From a virus (lineage: Duplodnaviria > Caudoviricetes), in the IMG/VR virus record IMGVR_UViG_3300027798_000205, positions 1-25,407 of that record: a stretch of 25,407 nt of DNA. One strand, given 5' to 3'. The notes under the pieces are model-generated. The model saw only the letters and a program-made list of their open reading frames with translations, was not told the DNA's origin and made no database searches. Positions within the stretch are counted from its first letter, which is position 1. Every line of letters starts with the position of its first letter. Made by a program: the position numbers and the translations under genes. Below are positions 9,120 to 17,997 of this stretch, one piece after another.

Positions 9120-10727
9120 TTATTGTTTAGATTGGTTTGTCTTAGTTTGTACTGTTGCATAGACATATGCAGACCTAATAGATGGTCTAAGGTTTGTTGT
9201 AACGAAACGCAACTGCAAACCTGTTCCTATTTTTCTGATTGGTGTTCTTCTTGTAGCGTCCTCAGAGAACTGAGACGAAAATACATCAATGATGTTTGTG
9301 GCATCTGGGTTAGAAACATCTACTCTTGTTTCAACTTGAGCACCAGCCTCACACACAACCTCGACCTCGGCAGTGCTAAATCTCTTGTCTCCAATGCCGT
9401 TAAACGAGTATCTTCTTGTTTTAAGAATGCCTTGAATCTCGATAGCCGTAAACGAGGCCGTACTCAAAGTGTCTGGAATGAAGAATGGGAGCATAGGAGT
9501 GCCAGTTGCGGCACCATACTCATCGTGATTAAGTTGCTCCATTAGGAACAACCCTTGGTCTGTATCTACACCGTACATTCGTCTCTGCTGTTCTTTCTTA
9601 GCGACAACAAAGTCAAAGATATCAAAGCCAGCAGGGTATGTGTCAATAGACTCCCACTGTTTCAGAATAAAGTTATATACCAGAATAGCGTTATTGTCAG
9701 TAGAGGAATCAAGCGGAACTGCGAGGTAGTAACGATTATTCCAGTAGGTAGCAACAGCCCTGTCAGAAGCGGCTCGATTAATTCTTTGAATAACATCGTC
9801 AATAGGGGCTGAGATAGGGTCTGACATCGTCAGCAGTTTCATCGACTCCGCACCCGTTGGCTGTGGTTGCAGGAAGTACACCCCGTTGTCGGACAGGAAG
9901 AATACGCCACCACCAGCCTGTACAACGCTTTTTCTAGCGGAACAGCCGATGTCAGTGGCGAGAGTCTTTAGGTAAGCATCGGTTGCCAGCGGCTCGCCCG
10001 TAGCATACCTGCTAGAGCCGATACCGACATAGAAGATGCTGTTACGCATAAACACCAAGAACTCATTGAGCGTCCAAGGGGCAACACCCACAACTCTATC
10101 ATTAGAGCCATTATTAATCGTAAACGCATCGAGAGCGTCAAAGTGAAAAGGGTCTAAAAAGTTACTAACAGAAACGGTGTCATTATTTCTAAGTACATTT
10201 GTTTCATCGTGATGCTTGCCAGTGACTATAAAACGATTCTGATAATAAAGCATCCCGTTGCAGTTCGGGAACTCTTTTTCGGTAGCGGTAGTCCCAAGGG
10301 CTTCAATTGTCACATCCAAATCCCAGACCAGCGGACGCTTGCTGAATCCACGGGAAATGAATATTTTATCTACAGCGGAAACAACATCGCACCCTTCCTG
10401 CGTATCAATTATTTCACCAGCAGGAAAACTAATCTTGGAAGAAAGTACTTCTGTTTCTGGATTGTATGTATAAATCCCATCGGTAACAACACATATAATA
10501 ATTTCCTGTCCAGTGTTGTTTATGTAAACACCAACACCATAGATGGTTTTACCCACAAGGTCACCAATAGTCTTGCGTTGCAAGCCCTTGCGGACTGTAG
10601 CAACACCTCTGTCCATTCTAAAGTTCTGAGACTGATTAACAATACCTTGGGCCAGAGCACTAGGGTTATCACGGCTGTTAAGCCCGATAAACGCTATGTC
10701 TCCATCCTTCTGGTATTCATTAGGCAT
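9120..10727 (-). CDS. Tail nozzle / DNA stabilisation protein (tail tubular B, P22 gp10-like)
   Basis: 535 aa, beta-propeller-like: F.GLNSRD.P, NFRMDRGVATVRKG, IGCSARKSVVQAGGGVFFLSDNGVY, YWNNRYYLAVP. Confidence 0.75.
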   Translation of the reverse strand: MPNEYQKDGDIAFIGLNSRDNPSALAQGIVNQSQNFRMDRGVATVRKGLQRKTIGDLVGKTIYGVGVYINNTGQEIIICVVTDGIYTYNPETEVLSSKISFPAGEIIDTQEGCDVVSAVDKIFISRGFSKRPLVWDLDVTIEALGTTATEKEFPNCNGMLYYQNRFIVTGKHHDETNVLRNNDTVSVSNFLDPFHFDALDAFTINNGSNDRVVGVAPWTLNEFLVFMRNSIFYVGIGSSRYATGEPLATDAYLKTLATDIGCSARKSVVQAGGGVFFLSDNGVYFLQPQPTGAESMKLLTMSDPISAPIDDVIQRINRAASDRAVATYWNNRYYLAVPLDSSTDNNAILVYNFILKQWESIDTYPAGFDIFDFVVAKKEQQRRMYGVDTDQGLFLMEQLNHDEYGAATGTPMLPFFIPDTLSTASFTAIEIQGILKTRRYSFNGIGDKRFSTAEVEVVCEAGAQVETRVDVSNPDATNIIDVFSSQFSEDATRRTPIRKIGTGLQLRFVTTNLRPSIRSAYVYATVQTKTNQSKQ

Positions 10728-10834
10728 TAACGAGAGACGATAGAGTAGTAGATATCCTTGAGTTTCTCAGACCAGCGGGCACCAACATAAACGCCACCAA
10801 GAAAACAAACTGTAGAAATGATAATAGTAAGCAT
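10727..10834 (-). CDS. Small single-pass membrane protein (35 aa)
   Basis: MLTIIISTVCFLGGVYVGARWSEKLKDIYYSIVSR fills the gap; ATG 4 nt after the upstream stop and TAATG coupling to the next gene. The ORF-track start at 10909 is probably too long. Confidence 0.65.
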   Translation of the reverse strand: MLTIIISTVCFLGGVYVGARWSEKLKDIYYSIVSR

Positions 10835-10838
10835 AAAA

Positions 10839-11732
10839 TTAAACAATATCTGGGTCTGGGAAATAAGGAACAAAGTATCGCACTCCGTTAATCTTAAATA
10901 CAAGGGCATTCCCAGCAGTCTCAGCAGTCCAGCCAGCAGGAGGGCTTACAGCAAAATAAGTGTGACAACCATTAAGTGTGGATTCGCCATCTTGAAATCT
11001 AATGCCATTATCATCAAGATTAAGACAGGCAGTTGCGTGTGGAGCAACACCGATGCCGACCTTGCCGTGCTGGTCGATGGCAAATGCAGTACCATCTGGA
11101 GTAGTGGTATCTTCAACGACAAAAGAGTTACCTGTTCCTCTGTTTTCAATGCGGAGGGTAGTTCCAACGGAAGTCGTAGACAGAGTTCTGAAAGCAACAG
11201 TACCGCCAGAGCCACTTTGGTCTACGCTCAAAATAGGGGTGCTAGAACTTGTTGCAATAGAGTTCGTTTGATTAGTAGTAACAACGCCAACTGTGTTGCC
11301 AAGTCTGTTCGTGAAGTTCAGTCTATCAACAATCCAGATATCTCCAGCCACGGGTGTTGTAGGATTAGCAGTCCAATGACCAAGGTTCACACCAGCGGTA
11401 GTAGCCGTAGTGAGGGCGGTCAACTTACCCGTAAGAGTACCACCAGCAAGCGGAAGACCAGCCGTAGTCTGGGTTGAGCCGTTGGGGAATGTCAGACCGC
11501 CACCATTGGTAGCAAGGTTGAACTTTCCATCAAGCGGAGAGAAGGTATGATTAAAAGTAGTGCCAGCACCAGTATCATTGTATGCGGCAATGTTCAGATT
11601 TTCGTTAAGCAGGTTTCTGACTGTAGGAACATACAGCGTACCAGAAAGCGTACCGCCTGTCAGTTTAAGGGCTGTAGGGTCGTTTTCGACTGTGATGCCA
11701 CCGACATTACCTGTAGAGATAGAGATAGGCAT
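10839..11732 (-). CDS. Tail fibre-like virion protein
   Basis: LKLTGGTLSGTL and LPLAGGTLTGKL fibre motifs, GLTFPNGSTQTTA, GKVGIG, C-terminal FKINGVRYFVPY. Confidence 0.7.
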   Translation of the reverse strand: MPISISTGNVGGITVENDPTALKLTGGTLSGTLYVPTVRNLLNENLNIAAYNDTGAGTTFNHTFSPLDGKFNLATNGGGLTFPNGSTQTTAGLPLAGGTLTGKLTALTTATTAGVNLGHWTANPTTPVAGDIWIVDRLNFTNRLGNTVGVVTTNQTNSIATSSSTPILSVDQSGSGGTVAFRTLSTTSVGTTLRIENRGTGNSFVVEDTTTPDGTAFAIDQHGKVGIGVAPHATACLNLDDNGIRFQDGESTLNGCHTYFAVSPPAGWTAETAGNALVFKINGVRYFVPYFPDPDIV

Positions 11733-12028
11733 TAGACTGTTGCGAAAGCGATGTGGACGGGGGTGGCGGCGGCAGTAGCAATCACTCTGATATGACCATT
11801 GTAGTTCTCGATGGTAATGTTACCAAGGGGGGGGAGAATGACACCAGAAGAGCCAGACTCAGAGAGAATCACTTCGATGGTAGCCGTTGTAGACTTGTTC
11901 TGGACGATGACCATAACCCGTCTGATAGGGGTGATGGCGTGGTCAAGAAGGGTGCTTGCGGCAGTACCTGCTGTGAAGTTCTGGTGGGTAAAACCACGAA
12001 TTATGGGGGAGGAGAATGCGAATGCCAT
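11732..12028 (-). CDS. Small beta-rich virion protein
   Basis: 98 aa, R...IVQNKS motif and G..LPP.G; TAATG-coupled within the structural operon. Confidence 0.6.
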   Translation of the reverse strand: MAFAFSSPIIRGFTHQNFTAGTAASTLLDHAITPIRRVMVIVQNKSTTATIEVILSESGSSGVILPPLGNITIENYNGHIRVIATAAATPVHIAFATV

Positions 12029-12032
12029 TGTA

Positions 12033-12800
12033 TTAGTAAGTGTTTGTCATATTGATACGACCAAATTGGGACTGCTGACGGAGCATCTTGTCGTATTCCA
12101 TATCGAGAATTTGATTAGCCTTTGCCTCAATAGTAGCCGCCTCAGCCATTTGGCCTTCAGAGACGAACCAGTTTGCCGCAGAAGCCCAAGACATAAAGGA
12201 AGAGAAGATGTACGGAATGTCAATCTTAGTCCAACTTGATGCGTTTGTGTTTGGGTTTTGTCCAGCAATCGTAGAAGAAGCCGTACAGGTATAGAAGTTG
12301 CCAGCGTAAGGCTTACCAAGCACAGGAGTGTATGAACCCGTGCCAGAGCCAGCATCAAAGTAAATCTGAACATCCTTAAAGTAAACTACATTCGGACTGT
12401 AGAGTTCGCCAGTAAGAATAGGACAAATAAGTCTATACACATACCACACTTCTGTTAGGGCTGTGTTTACAATAACTTTTCTAGATGTCCCAAGGTCGTA
12501 CAACTGATATTGAATCTGTACAGCCTTTGTTGTTTCCTGTGGATTCCGTGTGAAAACAGCCAGAATCTCTCCAGCAGTAACAATAGGAACAAAGGAGGCA
12601 ACACCAAGTGCATCAATCGTAATTGCATTCTTTGCAATGCGGACTATGTCAGTCCACTCACTAGCCTCCCAAGCCTCACGCATACGAGCGTTGCTGAAGT
12701 CACGAAACTGAGCAAATGTGTCAGCCTGTATATTCTGACGGTCATTTCCAGAGTACTGGAGAGCGTCAAAGAGGATTTGTGAGTAGTTCTGTGTTCTCAT
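12033..12800 (-). CDS. Head-tail adaptor (tail tubular protein A-like)
   Basis: Helical N-terminus (FSNARMREAWEASEW), beta core, C-terminal IPYIFSSFMSWASAANWF.SEGQ; position after the capsid genes. Confidence 0.6.
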   Translation of the reverse strand: MRTQNYSQILFDALQYSGNDRQNIQADTFAQFRDFSNARMREAWEASEWTDIVRIAKNAITIDALGVASFVPIVTAGEILAVFTRNPQETTKAVQIQYQLYDLGTSRKVIVNTALTEVWYVYRLICPILTGELYSPNVVYFKDVQIYFDAGSGTGSYTPVLGKPYAGNFYTCTASSTIAGQNPNTNASSWTKIDIPYIFSSFMSWASAANWFVSEGQMAEAATIEAKANQILDMEYDKMLRQQSQFGRINMTNTY

Positions 12801-13162
12801 TTGATGAGATATCCGTCACCAGTAAAAATTGCCCCTTGGACACAAGTACGCTTTATGCGGTTCTTGACTGCCACTTCGGGGTTATCGTTGATAAATTCCT
12901 TCACGAACTGGTCATCAGACCAGCATTCCTTGCCGAGTCTGTGAGACCAGTAGTGAAAGGCATCCAACGGGATAGAGGCGATTTTCTCGCCAATACCCTC
13001 AACGCTTTTTGCAGCATTGTTGTTGTGAAAAATAGCCGATTGCTTGGCAACCGACTTTGCTTTGACCTCATTCATTCTCCAGCCCAACAGGAGTTCCTGC
13101 TCCACCCTATTTCTAAGGTGGGCAGGGACTGCGTCAGCCAGACTTTGAATGATGTCTGACAT
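12797..13162 (-). CDS. Hypothetical protein downstream of the capsid gene
   Basis: 121 aa with IASIP...W.D..FVKEFINDNPE; ATGA overlap with the next gene. Confidence 0.65.
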   Translation of the reverse strand: MSDIIQSLADAVPAHLRNRVEQELLLGWRMNEVKAKSVAKQSAIFHNNNAAKSVEGIGEKIASIPLDAFHYWSHRLGKECWSDDQFVKEFINDNPEVAVKNRIKRTCVQGAIFTGDGYLIK

Positions 13163-13171
13163 TACTGCGGA

Positions 13172-14209
13172 TTAGGCTGTGAAGTCAAACACACCGAACG
13201 CCAGAGGGTTGTAGATACAGAGACCTGCAACCGCTTCAATCATTCGGGCTTCGCCACCACCAGCGTTAGGCAGAGCCGTCACGCCAGCGACATTACCACC
13301 ATAACGCACTTCGACTTGGTCGAACGGGATGACATAACCAACAAAGGTCGAGCCAACGCCAGCGGTAGCATTGAGGTAGTGGGAAGGGTGGAGTCTCAAC
13401 TTACCGAAATCGCCCTCGAAAATATCGACAGACGAGATGTAGGAAGAGGCATCCGATTCTCTGTTAAGAGTGCGGATAGCGGTCTGGGAGTTCGGGGAAC
13501 CAGAAGTAGGCGTAGTGAACACAAGGTTCGTGAACGCTCTCTTGAGGGCCGTACCGCAGAGGAGGTCGTAGTCCTTGAACTGGCCTGTCTGGGAGTAGAT
13601 GCCTGTGAGGACATTCTGGACAACAGATTCAGTAAGGGCGGCAGTACCAACTGTCGTGCGATTAGCAGTAGGGGTCTGGAACTGCGAGGCGATAGGCAGG
13701 GTCGTGTCCTGTGTGCCAGCACCAGCGGCGGCGAGCCACTTGTGGAGACCACGGGTCAGATAAGGGGTCGAACCACCAGCATCGGCTTGGGCACCGTTGT
13801 TGGAGCAGAGGGTCGCTTCCATATCACGCTTGATGGCTTGGATGCCCTTAGCGACATTGTTAGCGAGTTCATCACGAACACCAGCGACTGTGGCGATATC
13901 CTGCGTAAGCGGGGACACACGGACAGAGCGTCTGAAGATTTGGATGAAGTTGCTGAGTTCAGCACGGTAGACAGCGGAGCCGTCCTTGGTGTAGTTCTCG
14001 TAGGTGGTGACATCCGTGCCATCAACCGTACCAGTGGTACGAGGGGTAGGCAGAGAGTCGGCTTGCCATCTGAAAAGAGTATTTCCAGGCTTGCTTCCCT
14101 TCTTAGCCATCGATGTGAAAGGAGTATCCTTAGCATCGACCAGCGAGATGAGGTCAGCGAGTTCTTCTCTCTTACCAGACGAGAAGGAGGGTTCTGTGAG
14201 TGAGGCCAT
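13172..14209 (-). CDS. Major capsid protein (DUF5309 / SU10-like)
   Basis: REELADLI...DTPFTSM, FRWQADSL, NFIQIFRRSVRVS, IKRDME, TRGL, DFG.L motifs; directly after the scaffold gene. Confidence 0.9.
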   Translation of the reverse strand: MASLTEPSFSSGKREELADLISLVDAKDTPFTSMAKKGSKPGNTLFRWQADSLPTPRTTGTVDGTDVTTYENYTKDGSAVYRAELSNFIQIFRRSVRVSPLTQDIATVAGVRDELANNVAKGIQAIKRDMEATLCSNNGAQADAGGSTPYLTRGLHKWLAAAGAGTQDTTLPIASQFQTPTANRTTVGTAALTESVVQNVLTGIYSQTGQFKDYDLLCGTALKRAFTNLVFTTPTSGSPNSQTAIRTLNRESDASSYISSVDIFEGDFGKLRLHPSHYLNATAGVGSTFVGYVIPFDQVEVRYGGNVAGVTALPNAGGGEARMIEAVAGLCIYNPLAFGVFDFTA

Positions 14210-14243
14210 ATATTATATAGGGTTTAGGGGGTTTTGGGGGTGA

Positions 14244-15248
14244 TTACAGGAATCGGTTAGCGATTATGGACGAAAGGTCGTCACGGTTACCAGAATTGCT
14301 AAAACGCTGTTTTGCTTGCTGTGCCTTCGCATCGTTAGACGATACCTTGGCAGGGGCAGAACTTTGTCTCGGTTGCATTGGTGCCTTCTGAGGAGAACTG
14401 CTTCTCTTCGTGGACTCATAGGTTTTGATACCTGTGATTAAGTGTCCTAGCATCAATTTGTGGTCTGGTGCCCGTAGAATTTCGGGAAATGCGGTAATGA
14501 AAGATTCAGCCATCTGACGCTCCCTAGAGGAACGGTCTTTCCACCATACATAATCCTTGTTAGCAAGTTGTTCAAACTGTTCGCTGGCTTGAAGGTAGTT
14601 CGCCCGCTTGGGGAGATGCTCTTCAAGAGCGTCCATAGATTTGATTTTGATATTCCGTACTTCTTCAGCAGAGTACTCGACATCATCACCTTGATTGTTT
14701 CTTACGATAGCACCATCGGGATTCATTTCGCACCAGCGTCTGATTTGCTTGGCTTGTTCGACTTCCTTTTGGATGTCGCCAATAGTCTTGATGTGAGCGA
14801 ATGGATTGTCCTTTGTAGGAGTCTGTGCTGGCCTTTCAGCCTCTTGCGACAGTCGCTCCACTTCAGACCTCAATCTCTCTACTTCAGACTCAGCCTCACG
14901 CTTCTTAGCCGTAAGTTTGTCTATGCGTTTCTTAACCCCCTTGGGCAACCCACGCTCAGTTTCTTCTCTTTCAGACTTGGTTTCTTCGGTTTCCTCGGAG
15001 TCTTCAGTCGAATCACTGTCGTTAGTTTCTTCTGTTTGCTGTGAATGAACATTGTCCGTGGAGGTCGCTTGACCCTCCAGTTCAGCATTTTCTTCTGAGG
15101 CTGAACCCTCACTCGATTCCTCACCACCAAGGAACGACTTACCGATAATATCGGCAATTTTTTGAGTATCGAAAGGAGTGGATGTGCTTTCGTTTGTCGT
15201 AGCGTTGTTTTGAGCCGTGCTAAGGTCGGCTTGATTTTCTGTAGTCAT
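14244..15248 (-). CDS. Capsid scaffolding protein
   Basis: Acidic disordered N-terminus, GVKKRIDKLTAKKREAE coiled coil, C-terminal helix; between portal and MCP. Confidence 0.8.
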   Translation of the reverse strand: MTTENQADLSTAQNNATTNESTSTPFDTQKIADIIGKSFLGGEESSEGSASEENAELEGQATSTDNVHSQQTEETNDSDSTEDSEETEETKSEREETERGLPKGVKKRIDKLTAKKREAESEVERLRSEVERLSQEAERPAQTPTKDNPFAHIKTIGDIQKEVEQAKQIRRWCEMNPDGAIVRNNQGDDVEYSAEEVRNIKIKSMDALEEHLPKRANYLQASEQFEQLANKDYVWWKDRSSRERQMAESFITAFPEILRAPDHKLMLGHLITGIKTYESTKRSSSPQKAPMQPRQSSAPAKVSSNDAKAQQAKQRFSNSGNRDDLSSIIANRFL

Positions 15249-15350
15249 TAGATAAGGTCTAAAGTCCGTTTATAGGCAGGATTTTTTGATAGTTCCAGAA
15301 CTAGTGAGCCATTTACGGCTTTAAATTATTCAAAGCAAGTGCTTAACGCA

Positions 15351-15623
15351 TCAGATACCACTTTCTGACGAACTGTGTGGTTCTGACGGTCTGCCTTGGT
15401 CTCTAAGCACATCATTGCGTGTCTGAATCAAGATAGACTTAAATGCGGTGAGGGCATCGGCACGACCAGCGTACCAAGCCCTATCCTCGCCCTTATTCTC
15501 CTTGGCGATAGCGGAAGCCACCTCGGACTCAACTGACGCATCGAGAAGCATATTGATGGCCTTCCAGAGTTCATTGTTCTTCTCAAACGAGAAGCCAACG
15601 ATGATTTGTGATGGGAGACTCAT
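15351..15623 (-). CDS. Small helical protein between portal and scaffold (Bbp19-like position)
   Basis: 90 aa, RAWYAGRADAL motif; TAATG-coupled to the portal gene. Confidence 0.65.
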   Translation of the reverse strand: MSLPSQIIVGFSFEKNNELWKAINMLLDASVESEVASAIAKENKGEDRAWYAGRADALTAFKSILIQTRNDVLRDQGRPSEPHSSSESGI

Positions 15624-17830
15624 TACTGTTGCTGGGGCATCTGCTGTTGCTGTTCCTGCTGGCCCTGCTGTTCATTTGCTTGGTCAATCTGACCCTGCAT
15701 CTGGTCACCAGCCTGTTGAGCAACTGGGGTCACGCCAGTGCGTCCAATCTGCTTGTTCTGTTGCTGGCTGACAGACATCTGTAGGTTCTTGATGAAGTTC
15801 TCCATAAGGGCACGGAAGTGTTGGTCTCCCTGCATCATCTGCTGGGCCTTAGGATTCTTACCCATAATGTCTTGCAGGTACTGCAACTTAGAAGGAGCCG
15901 CTGGGTCGTTCTCGACATAGTTGGCTTCATTACCAAGCATCATCAGACCAATGTCAGACTGGATGTCCTTATAGAGCAACTGGGACGCTGTGCCCGTGTT
16001 GATGATAAGTTCCTTGGCCTTGTCTGGGTCGATGGCCTCGACAGCCGCCTTGACCAACTTATTCTTGTCAATAACGCCACCGTTATCAAGAGGCAGGACA
16101 AACTGGGTGATGGCCTTTAGTTTTTCAATGACAAACTCTGTGTCGAGTTCACGCACATCGAACTTGACTTGGAAGTCGTACATATTGCTGATGCCAGAAA
16201 CATTCTGAGCGATAGTTCTTCCAGTGATGCTTTCGATTTCAGCCGCATCCATATACTGGAGCATCAGAGAGAAGGTCATAGAGAACGCCTCACCCCAAGT
16301 GTCCAGCCAGTTGTTCACCATAAACTGCTGTGTGGTCTGCGTCTTCTGAGGCATAATGTTCGGATGGTATAGGCCGAAATAGGATGCGTGGTTCATTTCT
16401 ACTCTGTCAATCAGAGCGAATGCTGTGCCCGTTTCGCCAGCGGGCGTAGGCATAAATCTGTAGTCGTCTGGGCTTGTAACAGGCAGGTGAACCCCCGGAG
16501 CAATCTTATTGATACCACCAAGTCTTTTCTTAACAAGGATGGGAGGCATCGTTGTGAATGCCGTGCGGTCACGGATGGCATCGTGCTGTGCCTTCATTTC
16601 TTCTTGGTCTGTCATCGCAATCTCTGGGATGCCACGGGTTTCGTAGATGGAGCGTCTGATGCGTTCTCTGCGGTAGATTACGAAAGGATACTTGCCGTGT
16701 GCGTAGCCCAGCAGTTCGTGCTTGGCGTACACTTCGGAGCCAGACTGAGGGCAGAAAATGGTCTGGTAAATTCCTGGAAATCCGTTCTCATCAATCTGTC
16801 TGCTGTAGGCGTATACGAGTTCAATGAGATTATCCTGTCGGCTGACTTGATAGTTAATCAAGGCGGCGGCGGGGAGCAGATTAGGGTCATTGAAGTTGGA
16901 CTGCATACCCATAACATTTCTAGCCTGTTCAACGAACTCATCAGACCAGTTATCTTGAGCCGCCATAGAACGGAGTTCTACTTCAGTGATAAATGTGCGT
17001 CTGAATACGACTCTGGCTCTCTGGATATCAATCGTTTCTGGCGGGAACGAGATTTCATCATACGGCTTGAGTGCGACCAGCACTGGCTGGGCCTTGTGGA
17101 TATAAACCTCTGGAATTCTGGCAACGCCAAACTCTCTGAGTTCCTTGACGGCCTTTTTGACATCGCTAGGCTCAACATCTTTCAGATACTGTGTGATAAG
17201 AGAGACAGCGTAGTCTTCCTGCTCTGGGTTGTCGATGGCGGCTGGGAGGTCTTTAAGGGCTGTCTCTGGGTTCTGCTGGACGGCTTGCTGGACGACCTGC
17301 ATCAGTTCATCGATGCGGATGGTCTGGAATCTGGTGCCCATTTCCTGTTCCCAGATGATGTGCATACCAGCCCAGCCATACTGAAGGCCGTACTGAGCGA
17401 GGAGTTCGGCTTCCTTGCGGAGGTCAGAACGGAGTCTGGACTCAAGGAGCCAAGACATCAAAATATTCGCTGTGGCGGCTCCCTCAGAGTCGCTGAACTC
17501 TGTGCCGTTAACTTTAACCTTACATCTGTCGAAAGTGGTGACCAGAATCGACACAATCTCATTAATAGTTCTATCAGTCAGTCGGCAACGGACATCTGAG
17601 GCTCCCTCGAAAGGAAACGCTGGGTCTCCATCGGCTCTATTAAAAGAATGCTTTTTGCCATCGGAAGATTGACCAGCCCATCTGGAAAGACGGATATCAT
17701 CGTTTGCGGCAATGTTTGCGGTGTTGCCACCGTTCTGTGTCGAGCGTTGGTACTCGGCATAGAGGCAGGGGATGTCTGGCTTGTCTGTGGCAAAGACCAA
17801 TTTGTCCTGCCCGTTATTGTAAGATTTCAT
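15623..17830 (-). CDS. Portal protein
   Basis: 735 aa after the terminase; PFEGASD, YPFVIYRRE...RGIPE, Gln-rich C-terminal tail. Confidence 0.85.
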   Translation of the reverse strand: MKSYNNGQDKLVFATDKPDIPCLYAEYQRSTQNGGNTANIAANDDIRLSRWAGQSSDGKKHSFNRADGDPAFPFEGASDVRCRLTDRTINEIVSILVTTFDRCKVKVNGTEFSDSEGAATANILMSWLLESRLRSDLRKEAELLAQYGLQYGWAGMHIIWEQEMGTRFQTIRIDELMQVVQQAVQQNPETALKDLPAAIDNPEQEDYAVSLITQYLKDVEPSDVKKAVKELREFGVARIPEVYIHKAQPVLVALKPYDEISFPPETIDIQRARVVFRRTFITEVELRSMAAQDNWSDEFVEQARNVMGMQSNFNDPNLLPAAALINYQVSRQDNLIELVYAYSRQIDENGFPGIYQTIFCPQSGSEVYAKHELLGYAHGKYPFVIYRRERIRRSIYETRGIPEIAMTDQEEMKAQHDAIRDRTAFTTMPPILVKKRLGGINKIAPGVHLPVTSPDDYRFMPTPAGETGTAFALIDRVEMNHASYFGLYHPNIMPQKTQTTQQFMVNNWLDTWGEAFSMTFSLMLQYMDAAEIESITGRTIAQNVSGISNMYDFQVKFDVRELDTEFVIEKLKAITQFVLPLDNGGVIDKNKLVKAAVEAIDPDKAKELIINTGTASQLLYKDIQSDIGLMMLGNEANYVENDPAAPSKLQYLQDIMGKNPKAQQMMQGDQHFRALMENFIKNLQMSVSQQQNKQIGRTGVTPVAQQAGDQMQGQIDQANEQQGQQEQQQQMPQQQ

Positions 17831-17997
17831 TTAGTAAATTGTTTAAGGTCTTCACGAAAGTACCTTTTGTGACCACCTTTGGTGGTGAAGGTTCTCACTT
17901 GACGCTTGGTGACTAGGGTTTCAAGTCTTTTTCGTCCGAAACCAGTAAACAGCATCGCTTTCTGACGAGACAAGAGTGCTGGGAAGAAGAATTCCAT
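17827..17997 (-). CDS. Small MerR/excisionase-like HTH DNA-binding protein (56 aa)
   Basis: Not in the ORF track. MEFFFPALLSRQKAMLFTGFGRKRLETLVTKRQVRTFTTKGGHKRYFREDLKQFTK; TGATG overlap with terL and ATGA overlap with portal; T.GGH.RY wing motif. Confidence 0.8.
   Translation of the reverse strand: MEFFFPALLSRQKAMLFTGFGRKRLETLVTKRQVRTFTTKGGHKRYFREDLKQFTK

Noticed and set aside
13160-13174. Read-through of the MCP stop into the in-frame 121-aa gene
   Set aside because: The stop is TAA, the downstream gene has its own ATG, and in-frame placement has a 1-in-3 chance.
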